DNA of 64,000 nt from Chiloscyllium plagiosum (lineage: Eukaryota). Positions 12,447-25,795 of the stretch are shown piece by piece. The notes below the pieces were generated by a model. That model had not been told where the DNA came from. It saw nothing but the letters and a program-made list of their open reading frames with translations, and ran no database searches. Position numbers and translations under genes: made by a program. Positions within the stretch are counted from its first letter, which is position 1. Each line of letters begins with the position of its first letter. The DNA lies in contig NC_057718.1 in assembly GCF_004010195.1 (NCBI RefSeq), positions 3,450,932 through 3,514,931 on the forward strand, given 5' to 3'.

Positions 12447-13470
12447 AGAGTCATCAAGTCATAGAGATGTACTGCACGGAAACAAACCCTTCGATGCAAC
12501 TCGTCCATGGTGACCAGACATCCCAACCCAATCTAGTCCCACCTGCCAGCACCTGGACCATATCCCTCCAAAACCTTCCTATTCATATACCCATCCAAAT
12601 GTCTCTTAAATGTTGCAATTGTACTAGCCTCCTCTGGCAGCTCATTCCATACACGTACCACTCTCTGAGTGAAAAAGTTGCCCCTTAGGTCTCTTTTATA
12701 ACTTTCCCCTCTCACCCTAAATCTATGCCCTCTAGTTCTGGAATCCCCCAGCCCATGGAAAATACTTTGTCTATTTATCCTATCCATGCTCCTCATGATT
12801 TTATAAACCTCTACAAGATCACCCGTTAACCTCTGACACTCCAGGGAAAACAGCCCTAGCCTACTCTGATTAAATTCCTTGCAGCGTGGAATAAGCCCTT
12901 CAGCCCAACCCAAACCTCCAAAGATTAACCCATCCAGACCCACTTCCCTCTGACTAATGCACCTAACGTTATGGGCAATTTAGCACGGCCAATTCACCTA
13001 ACCTGCACATCTTTGGAATGTGGGAGGAAACCGGAACACCTTGAGGAAACCCACACCAACAGGGAGAATGTATAAACTCCACACAGACAGTCACCCAAGG
13101 CTGGGTAGCACTGGGACCCTAGTGCTGTGAGGCAGCAGTGCTAACCACTGACACTCCATGCTACCCAACCTCCGCCTCTAGGTCAAATCCACCAATCCTG
13201 GTAACACCCTTGTAAATCTTTTCTGAAGACTTTCAAGTTTCACAACATCTTTCCAATAGGAAGGAAACCAGAACTGCACGCAATATTCCAACAGTGGCGT
13301 AACCAATGTCCTGTACAGCCATGACACGACCTCTCAACTCCTGTACTCAATACTCTGACAAATAAAGGCGAGCATAGTAAACGCCTTCTTCACTATCCCA
13401 TCTACCTGTGACTCCACTTTCAAGGAGCTATGAACCTGTATGCCAAGGTCCCTTTGTTCGACAACTCTCT
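12447..13470 (-). mobile_element. CR1 LINE 3' fragment
   Basis: GDLVEVYKIMR...RTRGHRFRVRG...NFFTQRVVRVWNELPEE motifs. Confidence 0.85.
12870..13167 (-). mobile_element. Older HE1-type SINE nested in CR1
   Basis: gggcaatttagcacggccaattcacctaacctgcacatctttgg...gctgtgaggcagcagtgctaaccact. Confidence 0.8.
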
Positions 13471-15399
13471 CTCAGACTCTTGACTCTGATCCCCAGCATC
13501 TGCAGTCCTGACTTTCTCCTTCAGCTCATTTATGTGAATAATCAAGGGATACCCTTGAAGAGGCTCAAGCCTCTGAATACAGAAAGAGTTAAGTCAACTA
13601 GATCAACGTGATGGAAAAGGATATTCCCTGGGAAGTGAGTAATGCAAAGTGATGGTGTTAGAATAAATGGGATTTTATTGTGTCCACGTGCTTTCAAATT
13701 TCATTGAATTAGTTCATATGCAAATTGTTTGGTTTATTCTATTTTATCTGAATCTCTGAGATGTAAAAAACATTTGTTTCACTGTTAATACCAAATCTGC
13801 AGCCTTGTGTGTTTGTTACAGTGAAAGACCACCTCATCAAATAAAAATAATGATAAATGGATCCATCAAGTCACATCTAACAGTTGAAAATTGGTACTAC
13901 AAGAAAGAAACTGACCTGGATATTAGTGTAGGAGAAAGCAAGGAGGTAGGATCAGGGATTCAGATCATGCTGCTACAGTGGGATTAGTGAGAATGAAATC
14001 ATGGGAGAATTCAGAGAACTGAAAGGCTTGTTTCGATGATGATGAAGCATTCAGGATGAGCAAGGCAGGAGTTCAGGCAGATCCCTTACATGTCTCACAC
14101 AGGCAGTGAGGATGGGGAAATAGTCATCTGGAAAGCCAGAAAGATATTATCACCATAACGGAACAAGACTGCAACCACAGAAAGGAGCATGTTTCAACTG
14201 TAATGATAAGAGACATATCAAGAACAGAGAACAACACAGCACAGGAACAGGCCCTTTGGCCCTCCAACCTGCACCAACACATTCACCCTTCCATACTAAA
14301 ACTGTCTTCACTTTCAGGATCTGTATCCCTCTATTCCCTTCCTATTCATGTATTCACCCGGGTGTTTCTTGAATGCTGCTATTGTATCAATTGCTAGAAG
14401 GTAAATGGAAAACTGTTTGCAATCAGAGCAATATTGAATAAATCTTCAGAGAAGGAGGCATTACAAAATGAATCACTGTTATGATAGGGCAGGACAGAGA
14501 AAACATGATTCTTTGAATGTATGAATGAGGGACAAGGAGCTCAGGACAGTTCTGAGAAATTGTCTTTGAATATTATCAAGAAGAGTGAGACCATTGGAGG
14601 GTCTGAGTATTGTATCTCAAAGGGGCGTATTTCTGCTTCAAAGCAAGGAGATAAACAAACAAATATCTTGAGAGGCGATTGGATATGTCAGTCACTGAAT
14701 CTGTCTGACAGTTATGTTTGACTTCCAGAGAAGTTAATGAAGGAGAAAATTGTAAATGGAGGCATTCATAGAGAATACGAACCAGCTTAATCACACAGAA
14801 GTGAATTATCAAGTGACTTGGTCAATGGAAATGTAGTAGTGGGAGGAGTGTAATACATTCCTTTGGGGAACGATCAGGCAGTTTATAGAAAACTAATCTC
14901 ACTAAGAGTACTGGAAAAAATCAGTAAAGATGAAATACGCTGAAATGTTAAAAGAGGAACATCCTGTGTTGTGACTAGATCTCAGGTTTACAGAGTTAGA
15001 TCCATGGAAAAAGCAATCTATGAAACAAAGAGTTGATTTGGATTTTCAGTTATCAGATTCGATTTTCAAAACTGTAACTGAAAAGATGAAATTAAAGAGA
15101 ATTCAGCTGATAGTTTTCAGAACATATTTCTTAGCAGAAATACAACAAATGGACCTGAACAGAGAGAGAGTTTTATCCAGCAGCCTAATCAGAAATGGAA
15201 TCAGAAACAATCCTTGAGTGTTCTTACTTGAAAGACAAAGTATTAATGAGGAAATAGATTCTGCCCCAAATACCAGGCGCTGAGGAATGGACCGTGGTGC
15301 ATCAGGTAGTCACTCCATCTGAGAACCCAAATGAAACCTCACGCATTGGCTCATGAAATTCCAATGGCAGGTCATTCATGGATGAGGATAACACAGTCT

Positions 15400-15595
15400 A
15401 ATATAGTAAAACATTTATATTGGTCAGGATTATATCAAGATGTTATATTTTAACAGACTTGTTGATTCATATCAGGACTGGGTGAATCCCCAACCCTCAA
15501 TTAAGGCTTCACCTTTAATCCTGATCACAACTTTTGAAGAACCGTTTACCAGGGTCTTAATAGATTGTGTAGGAGCCCGACCTAAACCCAGGAAT
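15400..15595 (+). mobile_element. Gypsy integrase fragment
   Basis: PLILITTFEEPFTRVLIDCVG resembles the segment leading into the first Asp of Ty3/Gypsy integrases. Confidence 0.55.
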
Positions 15596-15856
15596 GTCAA
15601 CCAATGGGTCGATGCAGTGGTTCAAGAAGGCAGCTCAGCACCACCTTTTCAAGGACAATTAAGGATGAGCAATAAATGTTGGCCCAGCCAGTGACAACTA
15701 CATCTCACAAAACAATTAACTTAATTGTTACATCTGAGCTCAGCTTCTTCCCAACAGTGAGTCTATCCCCACGATCAGTCTCCATCACCTCCTTATTCTT
15801 CTTGATCACAAATCAATCCGCAATTCATTCATTGAGCAGGAGGCTATTGCAGGAGG

Positions 15857-16006
15857 ACAAAGTTAAAAATCACACAACACCAGGTTATAGTCCAACAGGT
15901 TTAATTGGAAGCACACTAGCTTCCAATTAAACGTGTTGGACTACAACCTGGTGTTGTGTAATTTTTAACTTTGTACACCCCAGTCCAACATCGGCATCTC
16001 CGAATC
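15857..16006. mobile_element. Penelope-derived palindromic short element
   Basis: Near-perfect ~56-bp inverted repeat with a 6-nt loop (15857-15974). Same family as 26897-27074. Imperfect TSD attgca(gca)ggagg. Confidence 0.7.
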
Positions 16007-16042
16007 ATTGCAGCAGGAGGTTGTCATGTAAATGCTACTTAT

Positions 16043-16388
16043 TGTTTACAATGATCTGCCTTCCTCTCCCATAGAAGATACCCCAGACTGAGCAGTAATA
16101 GTCTGCAGTGTCATTGGGCTGCACATTTGTGATGATCAGAATGAAGTTGTTATTGAAGGGCTATTTGGAAGACTGGAATTGCTCAGTGAATCCTGGGTAC
16201 CATTCTGTGATGTTTCTCACACCATGTGTTAAAATCTGGATCACCTTAATCCGTCTTTCCAACCAATATCAGTAAACATCGATGTGTGTCACTGCAGCGT
16301 TCCTCATAATGCACTGTAGTCGGGCAATGTGACCCATGGTGACCCATTCCAGGATCGGAGACTGGAGAATGACTGGGACATTTGCACC
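16043..16388 (-). pseudogene. Germline-joined VJ-type V exon V3 (pseudogene)
   Basis: GANVPVILQSPILEWVTMGHIARLQCIMRNAAVTHIDVY*YWLERRIKVIQILTHGVRNITEWYPGFTEQFQSSK*PFNNNFILIITNVQPNDTADYYCSVWGIFYGRGRQIIVN. Stops at 16269-16271 (core Trp to TGA) and 16161-16163. The donor is mutated to ATAAGT and the acceptor is shifted by 1 nt. Confidence 0.9.
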
Positions 16389-16825
16389 CTAAAAATAAAA
16401 CTAATGCCAATAAATGAACCAGAGTCTGATTGTTTGGTCTTTCCCACAACTACAGGGTGGCTGAGAGAAATGGGATAAACAGGGGCAGATTGGAGACAAA
16501 TGTGAGGGTCACAAGGTGTGCCCCTCCAGCTCCGGGTAGAGGGCATTGAGCCAGTGATGGTCCCACGATCAGGCCGAGGGAACTTCAGCTCAGTTAGTGA
16601 GTCAGTGTGGGTCCCACTGGAAGGTTGTTTCCCCTTGTCCAGCAATATTCCATCCCACTTCATGGGAGATGGAGGAGGAGATGCAGGGGTTTTGAAGGAA
16701 CACCATTATGGGTGAAAAATGAGAGACTCGAGCAACAGCAATCTCTGATTCTGGATGTAAGATCAACTTGGTGATGAGACCAAGATAAGGAGGAAAGTGA
16801 GGTGTTAAGAGGAGATGGAGGGCTT

Positions 16826-16829
<4 letters not shown>

Positions 16830-16861
<32 letters not shown>
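16830..16861. repeat. (AG)n microsatellite
   Basis: About 16 perfect AG units. Confidence 0.95.
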
Positions 16862-16865
<4 letters not shown>

Positions 16866-16899
16866 ATGATTGGGCAAAATGTGGCAAATTGAATATTTC

Positions 16900-19800
16900 G
16901 CCAGAATGGCGAGGAGAGAAGGAATGGTGAAGTGAGGGCTGCCGAGAGGGTGAGTTTTCCTGAATTCAAAGGGACTTAACTCGGGAGTCGGGCCTCCATT
17001 TGCTGAGAGGTGGGAGGGAGGAGCAAAGGACTTCTGGGAAGTCATATATTTGTGTGGTTGCGTTACCCAAATCACTACTCGGGTAATGTCTCCCACCAAT
17101 CCTCCTCCTCTAACCAAAAAAAAAGTTCTGTGCGCCGGTTTGGAAGGTAACGAGTTTATTTTATATTCCTTATTTTTCAACAGTCTCTTTGGGAATTTAA
17201 AATTGTGGGAATGGAGGTGAGGGCATTTGAATGTTCCTCCTGCAGAATGTGGGAGGTAAAGGTCACCACTAGTGTCCCTGCTGACTACATCTGAGGGAAG
17301 TACACCCAACTCCAGCTCCTCGAAAACCGTGTTAGGGAACTGGAGCTGGAGCTGGATGAACTTCGGATCATTCAGGAGGTAGAGAGGGTTATTGAGAGGA
17401 GTTACAGGGAGGTAGTCACTCCTCAGGTACAAGAAAAAGGCAGATGGGTTACAGTCAGGGGACAGAAAGGGAACCGGCAGGCAGCGCAGGAATCCCCTGT
17501 GGCCATTCACCTCAACAGTAAGTATACCACTTTGGATACTGTTGGGGGTGAACGACTTACCAAGGGAAAGCAGTGGGGCACAGGGCTCTGACACAGAATC
17601 TGTCCCTGCTGCTCAGAAGGGAAGAGGGAAGAGGAGCAGAGCAGTAGTCATTGGGGACTCCATAGTTAGGGTGACAGATAGGAGGTTCTATGGGGACGAG
17701 AGAGACTCACGGTTGGTTTGTTGCCTTCCAGTTACCAGTGTTCGTGATGTCTCTGATCATGTTTTTGGGATCCTTAAGGTGGAAGGGGAGCAGCCCCAAG
17801 TCATGGTCCACATAGGCATCAACGACATAGATAGGAAGAAAGATGGGGATTTAAGGCAGAAATTCAGGGAGCTAGGATGGAAGCTTAGAGCTAGGACAAA
17901 CAGAGTTGTTATCTCTGGTTTGTTGCCTGTGCCACGTGCTAGTGAGGCAAGGAATAGGGTGAGAGAGGAGTTGAACACGTGGCGACAGGGATGGTGCAGG
18001 AGGGTGGGTTTTGGATTCTTGGATTATTGGGGCTCTTTCTGGGCTAGGTGAGATCTCTACAAGCAGGATGGTCTTCATCTGAACCAGAGGGGTACCAATA
18101 TCCTGGGGGGGATGTTCACTAAAGCTAGTGAAGTGGGTTTAAACTAACCCAGCAGGGGGATGGGAAACAAAATTGTAGTTTGCGTATAGAAAAGGTTGAG
18201 AGTGGGGTGGTCCAAAATCAAGTTTCAGGGATGCAAGTTGGCACCGGCAAGCAAGAAGTTGGTTTGAAGTGTATCTACTTCAACGCCAGGAGCATCCGGA
18301 ATAAGGTGGGTGAACTTGCAGCATGGGTTGGTACCTGGGACTTCAATGTTGTGGCCATTTCAGAGACATGGATAGAGCAGGGACAGGAATGGTTGTTGCA
18401 GGTTCCAGGATTTAGATGTTTCAGTAAGAACAGAGAAGATGGTAAAAGAGGGGGGAGGTGTGGCATTGTTGGCCAAGGACAGTATTAGCATTGCAGAAAG
18501 GATGTTTGGGGACTCATCAGCTGAGGTAGTATGGGCTGAGGTTAGAAACAGGAAAGGAGAGGTCACTCTGTTGGTTGTTTTCTATAGGCCTCCGAATAGT
18601 TCCAGAGATGTAGAGGAAAGAATAGCAAAGATGATTCTTGATAGGAGTGAGACAGACAGGGTAGTTGACAGGGGACTTCAACTTTCCAAATATTGACTGG
18701 GAACACTATAGTATGAGTACTATAGATGGGTCAGTTTTTGTCCAGTGTGTGCAGGAGGGCTTCCTGACACAGTATGTAGACAGGCCAACAAGGGGCGAAG
18801 CCACATTAGATTTGGTACTGGGTAATGAGCCCGGCCAGATGTTAAACTTGGAAGTAGGTGAGCACTTTGGTGATAGTGATCATAATTCTGTCATGTTTAC
18901 TTTAGTGATAGAAAGGGATAGGTGTATACCACTGGTCCAGAGTTACATCTGGGGGAAAGGCAATTACGATGCGATTAGGCAAGATTTAGGAAGCATAGGA
19001 TGGCTGCAGGGATGGGTACATTAGAAATGTGGAGCTTATTCAAGGAAAGCTCCTGTGTGTCCTAGATAAGTATGTACCTGTCAGGCAGGGAGGAATCTGT
19101 AGAGCGCAGGAGCCGTGGTTTATGAAGGAAGTGGAATCTCTGGTCAAGAGGAAGAAGGCGGCTTATGTTAGGATGAGATGTGAAGGCTCAGTTAGGGCGC
19201 TTGAGGGTTACAAGGTAGCCAGGAATGACTGAAAGAGAGAGCTCAGAAGAGCCAGGAGGAGACATGAGAAGTTGTTGGTGGATAGGATCAGGGTAAACCC
19301 TAAGGCTTTCTATAGGTATTTAAGGAATAAAAGAATGATGAGAGTAAGATTAGGGCCAATCAAGGATGGTAGTGGGAAGTTGTGTGTGGAGTCAGAGGAG
19401 ATAGGGGAAGCACTAAATGAATATTTTTCAACAGTACTCACTCTAGAAAACAACAATGTTGTCGAGTCAAATACTGAGATACAGGCTACTAGATGAGGTG
19501 GGATTGAAGTTCACAAGGAAGAAGTATGAATATAAATAAGTCCCCTGGGCTGGATGGGATTTATCCTAGGATCCTCTGGGAAGCCATGGAGGAGATTGCC
19601 GAGCCTTTGGCATTGATCTTTAAATCTTCATTGTCTACAGGAATAGTGCCCGAAGACTGGAGGATAGCAAATGTGGTTCCCCTGTTCAAGAAGTGGAGTA
19701 GAGACAATCCTGGTAATTACAGACCAGTGAACCTTACTTCAGTTGTTCGTAAAGTGTTGGAAAAGGTTATAAGAGATGGGATTTATAATCATCTAGAAAA

Positions 19801-21085
19801 GAATAATTTGATCAGGGATAGTCAGCACGGTTTTGTGAAACGTAGGTTGTGCCTCACAAACCTTATTGAGTTCTTTGAGAAGGTGACCAAACAGGTAGAT
19901 GAGAGTAAACTGGTTGCTGTGGTGTACATGGATTTCAGCAAAGCATTTGATAAGGTTCCTCACAGTAGGCTATTGTACAAAATGCAGAGGAATGGGATTG
20001 TGGGAGATATAGCAGTTTGGATCAGTAATTGATTTGCTGAAAGAAGTCAGAGGGTGGTGGTTGATGGGAAATGTTCATCCTGGAGTCCAGTTACTGGTGG
20101 TAAACTGCAAGGTTCTGGTTTTGGTCCACTGTTGTTTGTCATTTATATAAATCACCTAGATGAGGGCATAGAAGGATGGGTTAGTAAATTTGCAGACGAC
20201 ACTAAGGTCGGTGGAGTTGTGGATAGTGACGAAGGATGTTGTAGGTTACAGAGAGACATAGATAAGCTGCAGAGCTGGGCTGAGAGGTGGCAAATGGAGT
20301 TTAATGCGGACAAGTGTGAGATGATTCACTTTGGTTGGAGTAACTGTAATGCAAAGTACTGGGCCAACGATAAGATTCTTGGTAGTGTAGATGAGCTGAA
20401 AGAGCTCAGTGTCCAGGTACACAGATCCTTGAAAGTTGTCACCCAGGTGGACTGGGTTGTTAAGAAGGCATACAGTGTTTTATCTTTTATTAATAGAGGG
20501 ATCGAGTTCCGGAACCATGAGGTTATGCCACAGCTGTACAAAACTATGGTGCAGCTGCACTTGGAGTATTGTGTACAGTTCTGGTCACCGCATTATAAGA
20601 AGGATGTGGAAGCTTTGGATGGTGTGCAGAGGGGATTTACTAGAATGTTGCCTGGTATGGAGAGAAGGTCTTACGAGGAAAAGCTGAGGAACTTGAGGCT
20701 GTTTTAGTTGGAGAGAAGAAGGTTGAGAGATGACTTAATAGAGACATACAAGATAAGCAGAGGGTTAGATAGGGTGGACAGGGAGAGCCTTTTTCCAAGT
20801 ATGGTGATGGCGAGCAAAATGGGGCATAGCTTTCAATTGAGGGTGATAGATATCGGATAGATGTCAGAGGTAGTTTTTTTACTCAGAGATTAGTAAGAGT
20901 ATGAAATGCTTTGTCTGCTACGGTAGTAGAGTCACCAACCTTAAGTACATTTAAGTCATCATTGGACAAGCATATGGATGTACATGGAATAGGGTAGGTT
21001 AGATGATCTTCAGATTGGTATGACAGCTCAGCGCAACATTGTGGGCCGAAGGGCCTGTACTGCGCTGTAATGTTCTATGTTCTAT
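16900..21085 (+). mobile_element. Near full-length CR1 LINE (ORF1 with SGNH esterase; ORF2 APE endonuclease + RT), inactivated
   Basis: ORF1 has AVVIGDSIVR...VHIGIND...DGLHL. ORF2 has YFNARSIRNK, ISETW, YRPPNS, GDFNFP, SDHN, YRPVNLTSVV, YMDFSKAFDKV and FADDTK. Many stops and frameshifts; tail tgttctatgttcta. The 5' end is approximate. Confidence 0.95.
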
Positions 21086-21214
21086 ATAATATTGTAAAAT
21101 GCAATATTGTTCATTGCTTTGTGAAGTGTCGAAAATTTTGAGTAGTTTGATCAGAAGAATTAGAACAGGAATAGGCCATTCAGTCCCAAGAGCCTCTTCC
21201 ACCATTCAGTGGAC

Positions 21215-23280
21215 TCATCGAGTCACAACGTCATACAGTACAGAATCAGACCCTTCAGTCCAAACAGCCTGTGGTGAACATAATCCCAAATTAAACTAGT
21301 CACAACTGCTTGCTCCTGCTAATATTCCTCCAAACCTTTCCTATTCAGATACTTATCCAAATCTCTTTTAAACACTGCAATTGTTCCCACATCCACCACT
21401 TCCTCAGGTAATTCAATCCATCCTTGAACTAACTGCTGTGTAAAAAACATTGCCTTTCATATTTTTAAATCTGTCTACTCACCTTAAAGGTGGGCTCCTT
21501 CGTCTAGAGATCCCTCATCCTTGGGAAAAGACAACTCCCGTTAACCCTATTTCTATTTCTCTTTATTTAATAAACTTCTATCAGTTTGCCTCTCAACTTC
21601 TTATGCTCCAGTGAGAAAAGTCCCAGCTTATTCAGATTTTCTATATCTCTCTTTACTTAATAAACTTCTATCACATAGCCTCTCAACCTCTCTTGTTCCA
21701 GTGAGAAAAGTCGCAGCTTATTCAGATTTTCTTTATAACACAACTCTTCCATAGGCATCAACATCCTGGTAAATCACTTCAGAACCACCTCCTGTTTAAC
21801 AATATCCTTCCTATAACTGGGTGACCAGAACTGGACACTGTATTCCAGAAGAGGCCTCACCAATATCCTATACAACCTCAACATCACTGTTGTCCCAACT
21901 CCTTTAATCAAAGGACTAAGCAATAAAGGCAATTGTGAAATGTCTTCTTTTTCCACCCTGCCATCACCATGTGACGCAAACTTCAAAGAATTATGCACCA
22001 GTACCCCGAGCTCCTCAGCTGAACAAACATTCCTCACATCCACTTTCCTCCTCTTTCTTGGAAGCTGTTCATAAAGCTGTCAAAAAGATACACAAGGACT
22101 CTGCTCCCACAGCTCTCTGGAGCAAGCAGCTCAAAGGCTCACAATTCTGTTAGAGAAGACATTCTTCCTCATCTCAGTCTTAAACTGGTGTCCCTTAGTT
22201 CTGAGACTATGGCCTCTGGTCTGAGACTCTCCCATGAGAGGAAACATCATCTCAGCATTTACTCTGTCAAGCCCCTTAACAATCCTGTACGCTTCAAAGG
22301 GATCACCACTCATTCTTCTAAACTCACGTGAGTGGAGTCCCAACCTGTTCAGCCTTTGCTAGAAGACAAACCCTCCATACCTGGGATCATCCTTGTGAAC
22401 CTTCTCTGAACTGCCTCCAATGAAATAAATCTTTCTTTAAATAAGGTAAACCAAAACTGCTGATCATACACCAAGTATCGTCTCACCAGCACCTTGTACA
22501 GTTGCAGTAAGACTTGCAAACACTTATACTCTAAATAAGGGCCAACATTCCTTGAACCTTCCTGATTACCTGTGAACCCTGTGTGCTAACTTTCTGAGTT
22601 TTGTGCACAGGTTTGCACAAGTTCCTTTGTGTTGCAGTTTTCTGCAATTTCTCTCTATTTAAATAATATTTTGTTCTTTTCTTCTCCCTCCCAAAATGAA
22701 AAACTTCAAATTTTTGCTCATTATAGTCCATTTGCCAGCTTTTTGCACACTATCTTAAATGTTCAATATCTCTGTAAATTGTTTGCGTCTCTCTCACAAA
22801 CTGCCTTTTCACATATTTTTCTGTCAACTGCAAATATTTTCTCACAGTTACTAATATAAATTTCCTTTCTCCCAGTCATTAATATAAATTGTAAGCAGTT
22901 GTAGTCCCAGCACTAATCCCTCTGGAACCCCACTGGTCACAATTCACAACCTGAAAATAAACCCCTTATCCCTTTTCATTGTTTCTTGTCCATGAGCCAT
23001 TTCTCTGGCCACAATAACGTGCTCCCTCCAATATTGTGGGCGCTTGTCAAATGAATTAATCTTTTGTGAGATACCTCAACAAATTCCTCCTGGAAGTCCA
23101 AACAACACATATTTACTGATGCCCCTCTCTCCACTCTGGCTGAGACTTTCTCAAAATACTTAAATAAATTAGTCAGCCATGATTTCCTTTTCATGAAGCC
23201 ACACTGACTCTGCGTGATTAGATTATGATTTTCCAAATGTTCTGCTAATTCTTCCTTGACATATTAACATGATTTTTTTC
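21215..23280 (-). mobile_element. Nested decayed CR1 fragments
   Basis: LVRPLLEYSVQFWSP, RRMSGDPFEAYRI and SQCGFMKRKSWLTNL motifs in minus-strand ORFs. Confidence 0.8.
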
Positions 23281-23289
23281 TCCCTCCGA

Positions 23290-23720
23290 GAGGAGGGGCT
23301 TGTCCTGATTGGAGGTTGGAATGAAAAGAAGGTTTGAAGCATCTCAGTTTCTTTAGGCCTTGACAGGGTGAATATGGAGAGGAGGTTGTTTCCCTTTGTG
23401 GAAGAGTCTGGGACCAGAGGGCAAAAGCTCATAGGAATGGGTCTGTGATTTAAGATGGAGATGAGGAGGAATTTCATCTCTCAGAGGAAGTGAATCTGAG
23501 GAATTCTTTACCATAGAGGGCTGTTGAGACTCAGTCTTGAAGGAACTATGAGTTTGATACTGAAAGATTTTTAATCAGGAATGGAGTCCAGGGTTTTGGG
23601 GAAAAGGCAGGAAAGTAGAGATGGGGACTATCAGGGCAGCCATGATCTCACTGAATGGGAGAACCAACCCGATGAGCTGAATGGCCTAATTCTGCTGCTA
23701 TATCCTCTGGTCTTAAGGTC
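23290..23720 (+). mobile_element. Old CR1 3' end
   Basis: gagatgaggaggaatttc...cagagg and gaatggcctaattctgct tail motifs. Confidence 0.7.
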
Positions 23721-23905
23721 CAGCTGTGGCATTTAACAGGCTATTGGATGGTTGTTTAAACATATACACTGTGTAGGGTGAAGGGGAAAAGGCAAACATT
23801 GACACTAAGTTCAAGTGCTCAGAATATTCCTGGGGTTTTGGGGACAGTGAGATTCAACTCTGTGCAGTAAATGTTGCTTCCCCTTTTCTCTTTCCACTCA
23901 GCTTG

Positions 23906-24141
23906 TGGGCGGCACGGTGGCACAATGATTAGCACTGCTGCCTCACAGCGCCAGAGACCCAGTTTTGTCCCGCAGTCCAAAAATGTGCAGGTTAGGTGAA
24001 TTGCCCATGTTAAATTGCCCGTAGTGTTAGGGGCAGGGATAAATGTAGGGGAATAGGTCTGGGTAAATTGTGCTTCGGTAGGTCGGTGTGGACTTGTTGG
24101 GTCGAAGGGCCTGTTTCCACAATGTAAGTAATTTAATCTAA
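23906..24141 (+). mobile_element. HE1-type SINE with an internal deletion
   Basis: Head and tail match 10738-11056; TSD AGCTTG at 23900-23905 and 24142-24147. Confidence 0.9.
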
Positions 24142-24796
24142 AGCTTGCTGCTGTTGTTCAGAAATGATAACCTTATCTCAGGCAAATTGTCAAAACCACA
24201 TTTCCTGCAGTTGTCCTCTGTCTTAATTACATAGATGGTGAAATCCCCAGTTTGTTCACATATTGTCTGTCCATTGAAGGCAATCACAGAAGACAGATGA
24301 GACATGGCTGCTAACGGAAGAAAAAGGTTAAAAACATCAGAGAAACGCTGTGCAATCGCATCAATATGGACCAGGAATTCAATGAGTTGCTTGACTTCTC
24401 ATCATTTCAATTCAGATTTGGTGTTTTTACTGTGAACCTTAAGTTACATTGAGAAGACTTTTGAGAAGGAGCCAAAGAAGAGATTAACATGAAAAATTAA
24501 AGCCATTGAGATTGGGATATTGCAATGAAAGGGATTAAGAACCGATTGGCAAACAGGTAACAAAGAATCAAAATAAACGGGTCATTTTCTGAGTGACTGA
24601 TCGCAATTAGTGGGGTACCACAGGGATTAGTGCTTGCACTCTAGCTATTCACAAAAGTGAACTGAATTGAACGTCCCCAAGTTTGCAGGTGACAGAAAGC
24701 TGAGTGGGAGGGTGAGTATGAGGAAAACGTAGAGATGCTACAGTGTGATTTGGACAGGCTGTTTGAGTGGGCAACTGCATGACGGATAAAGAATAA

Positions 24797-25795
24797 TGGG
24801 AACATCCTTGGGGATACCATTGACCAGAAACTCAACTGGACTCACTACATAAATACAGTGGCTACAAGAGCAGGTCAGAGACTGGGGATACTGCGACGAG
24901 TAGCTCACCTCCTGACACTCCAAAGCCTATCCACCATCTACAGGGCACAAGTCAGGAGTGTGATGGAACACTCCCCACTTGCCTGGATGGATGCAGCTCC
25001 AACAATACTCAAGAAGTTTCGCACCATCCAGGACAAAGCAACCAGCTTGACTGGCATTATATCTACAAATATTCAATTCCTCCACCACCCACCACTCAGA
25101 TTAGATTAGATTACATTACAGTGTGGAAACAGGCCCTTCGGCCCAACATGTCCACACTGACCCGCCAAAGCGCAACCCACCCATACCCCTACATTTACCC
25201 CTTACCTAACACTACGGGCAATTTAGCATGGCCAATTCACCTGACCTGCACATCTTTGGACTGTGGGAGGAAACTGGAGCACCTGGAGGAAACCCACGCA
25301 GACACGGGGAGAACGTGCAAACTCCACACAGTCAGTCACCTGAGGCGGGACTTGAACCCGGGTCTCTGGCGCTGTGAGGCAGCAGTGCTAACCACTGTGC
25401 CACCGTGCCGCCCACTCAGTAGCAGCAATGTGTACTATCTACAAGATGCACAGCAAAAAATCACCAAAGATCCTTGAACAGCATCTTCCAAACCCACAAC
25501 TACTTCCACCCAGAAGGAAAAGGGCAGCAGGTACTTGGGAAGACCACCACCTGCAAGTTCCCCTCCAAGCCACTCACCACCTTGACTTGGAAATATATTG
25601 CCATTCCTTCACAGTTGTTGGGTCAAAACCCTGGAATTCCCTCCCTACCAGGATTGTGGATCAACCCACAGCAAGTGTACTGCAGCGATTCAAGAAGGCA
25701 GCTTATCACCACCTTCTCAAGTGAAAATAGGGATTGGCTATCAACACTGGCCCAGCCAGCGATGCCCACATCCTACAAATGAATTAAAAAAAAGA
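24797..25795 (+). mobile_element. 3' part of a second, CR1-clade-like LINE family
   Basis: AGQRLGILRR...IYRAQVRSVMEHSPLAW...WNSLP...RFKKAAYHHLL; tail ctggcccagccagcgatgcccacatc followed by an A-run. Confidence 0.8.
25100..25413 (-). mobile_element. Young HE1-type SINE
   Basis: Highly similar to 10738-11056; TSD (C)CACTCAG on both sides. Confidence 0.95.

Noticed and set aside
16304-17594. Minus-strand ORFs upstream of V3 (330 aa and 119 aa) as possible C-domain or leader exons
   Set aside because: No Ig Cys/Trp pattern; mostly antisense CR1 plus the microsatellite.
24311-24361. Minus-strand MRLHSVSLMFLTFFFR* as the missing leader of V1-V3
   Set aside because: It ends in a stop and lacks a convincing splice donor.
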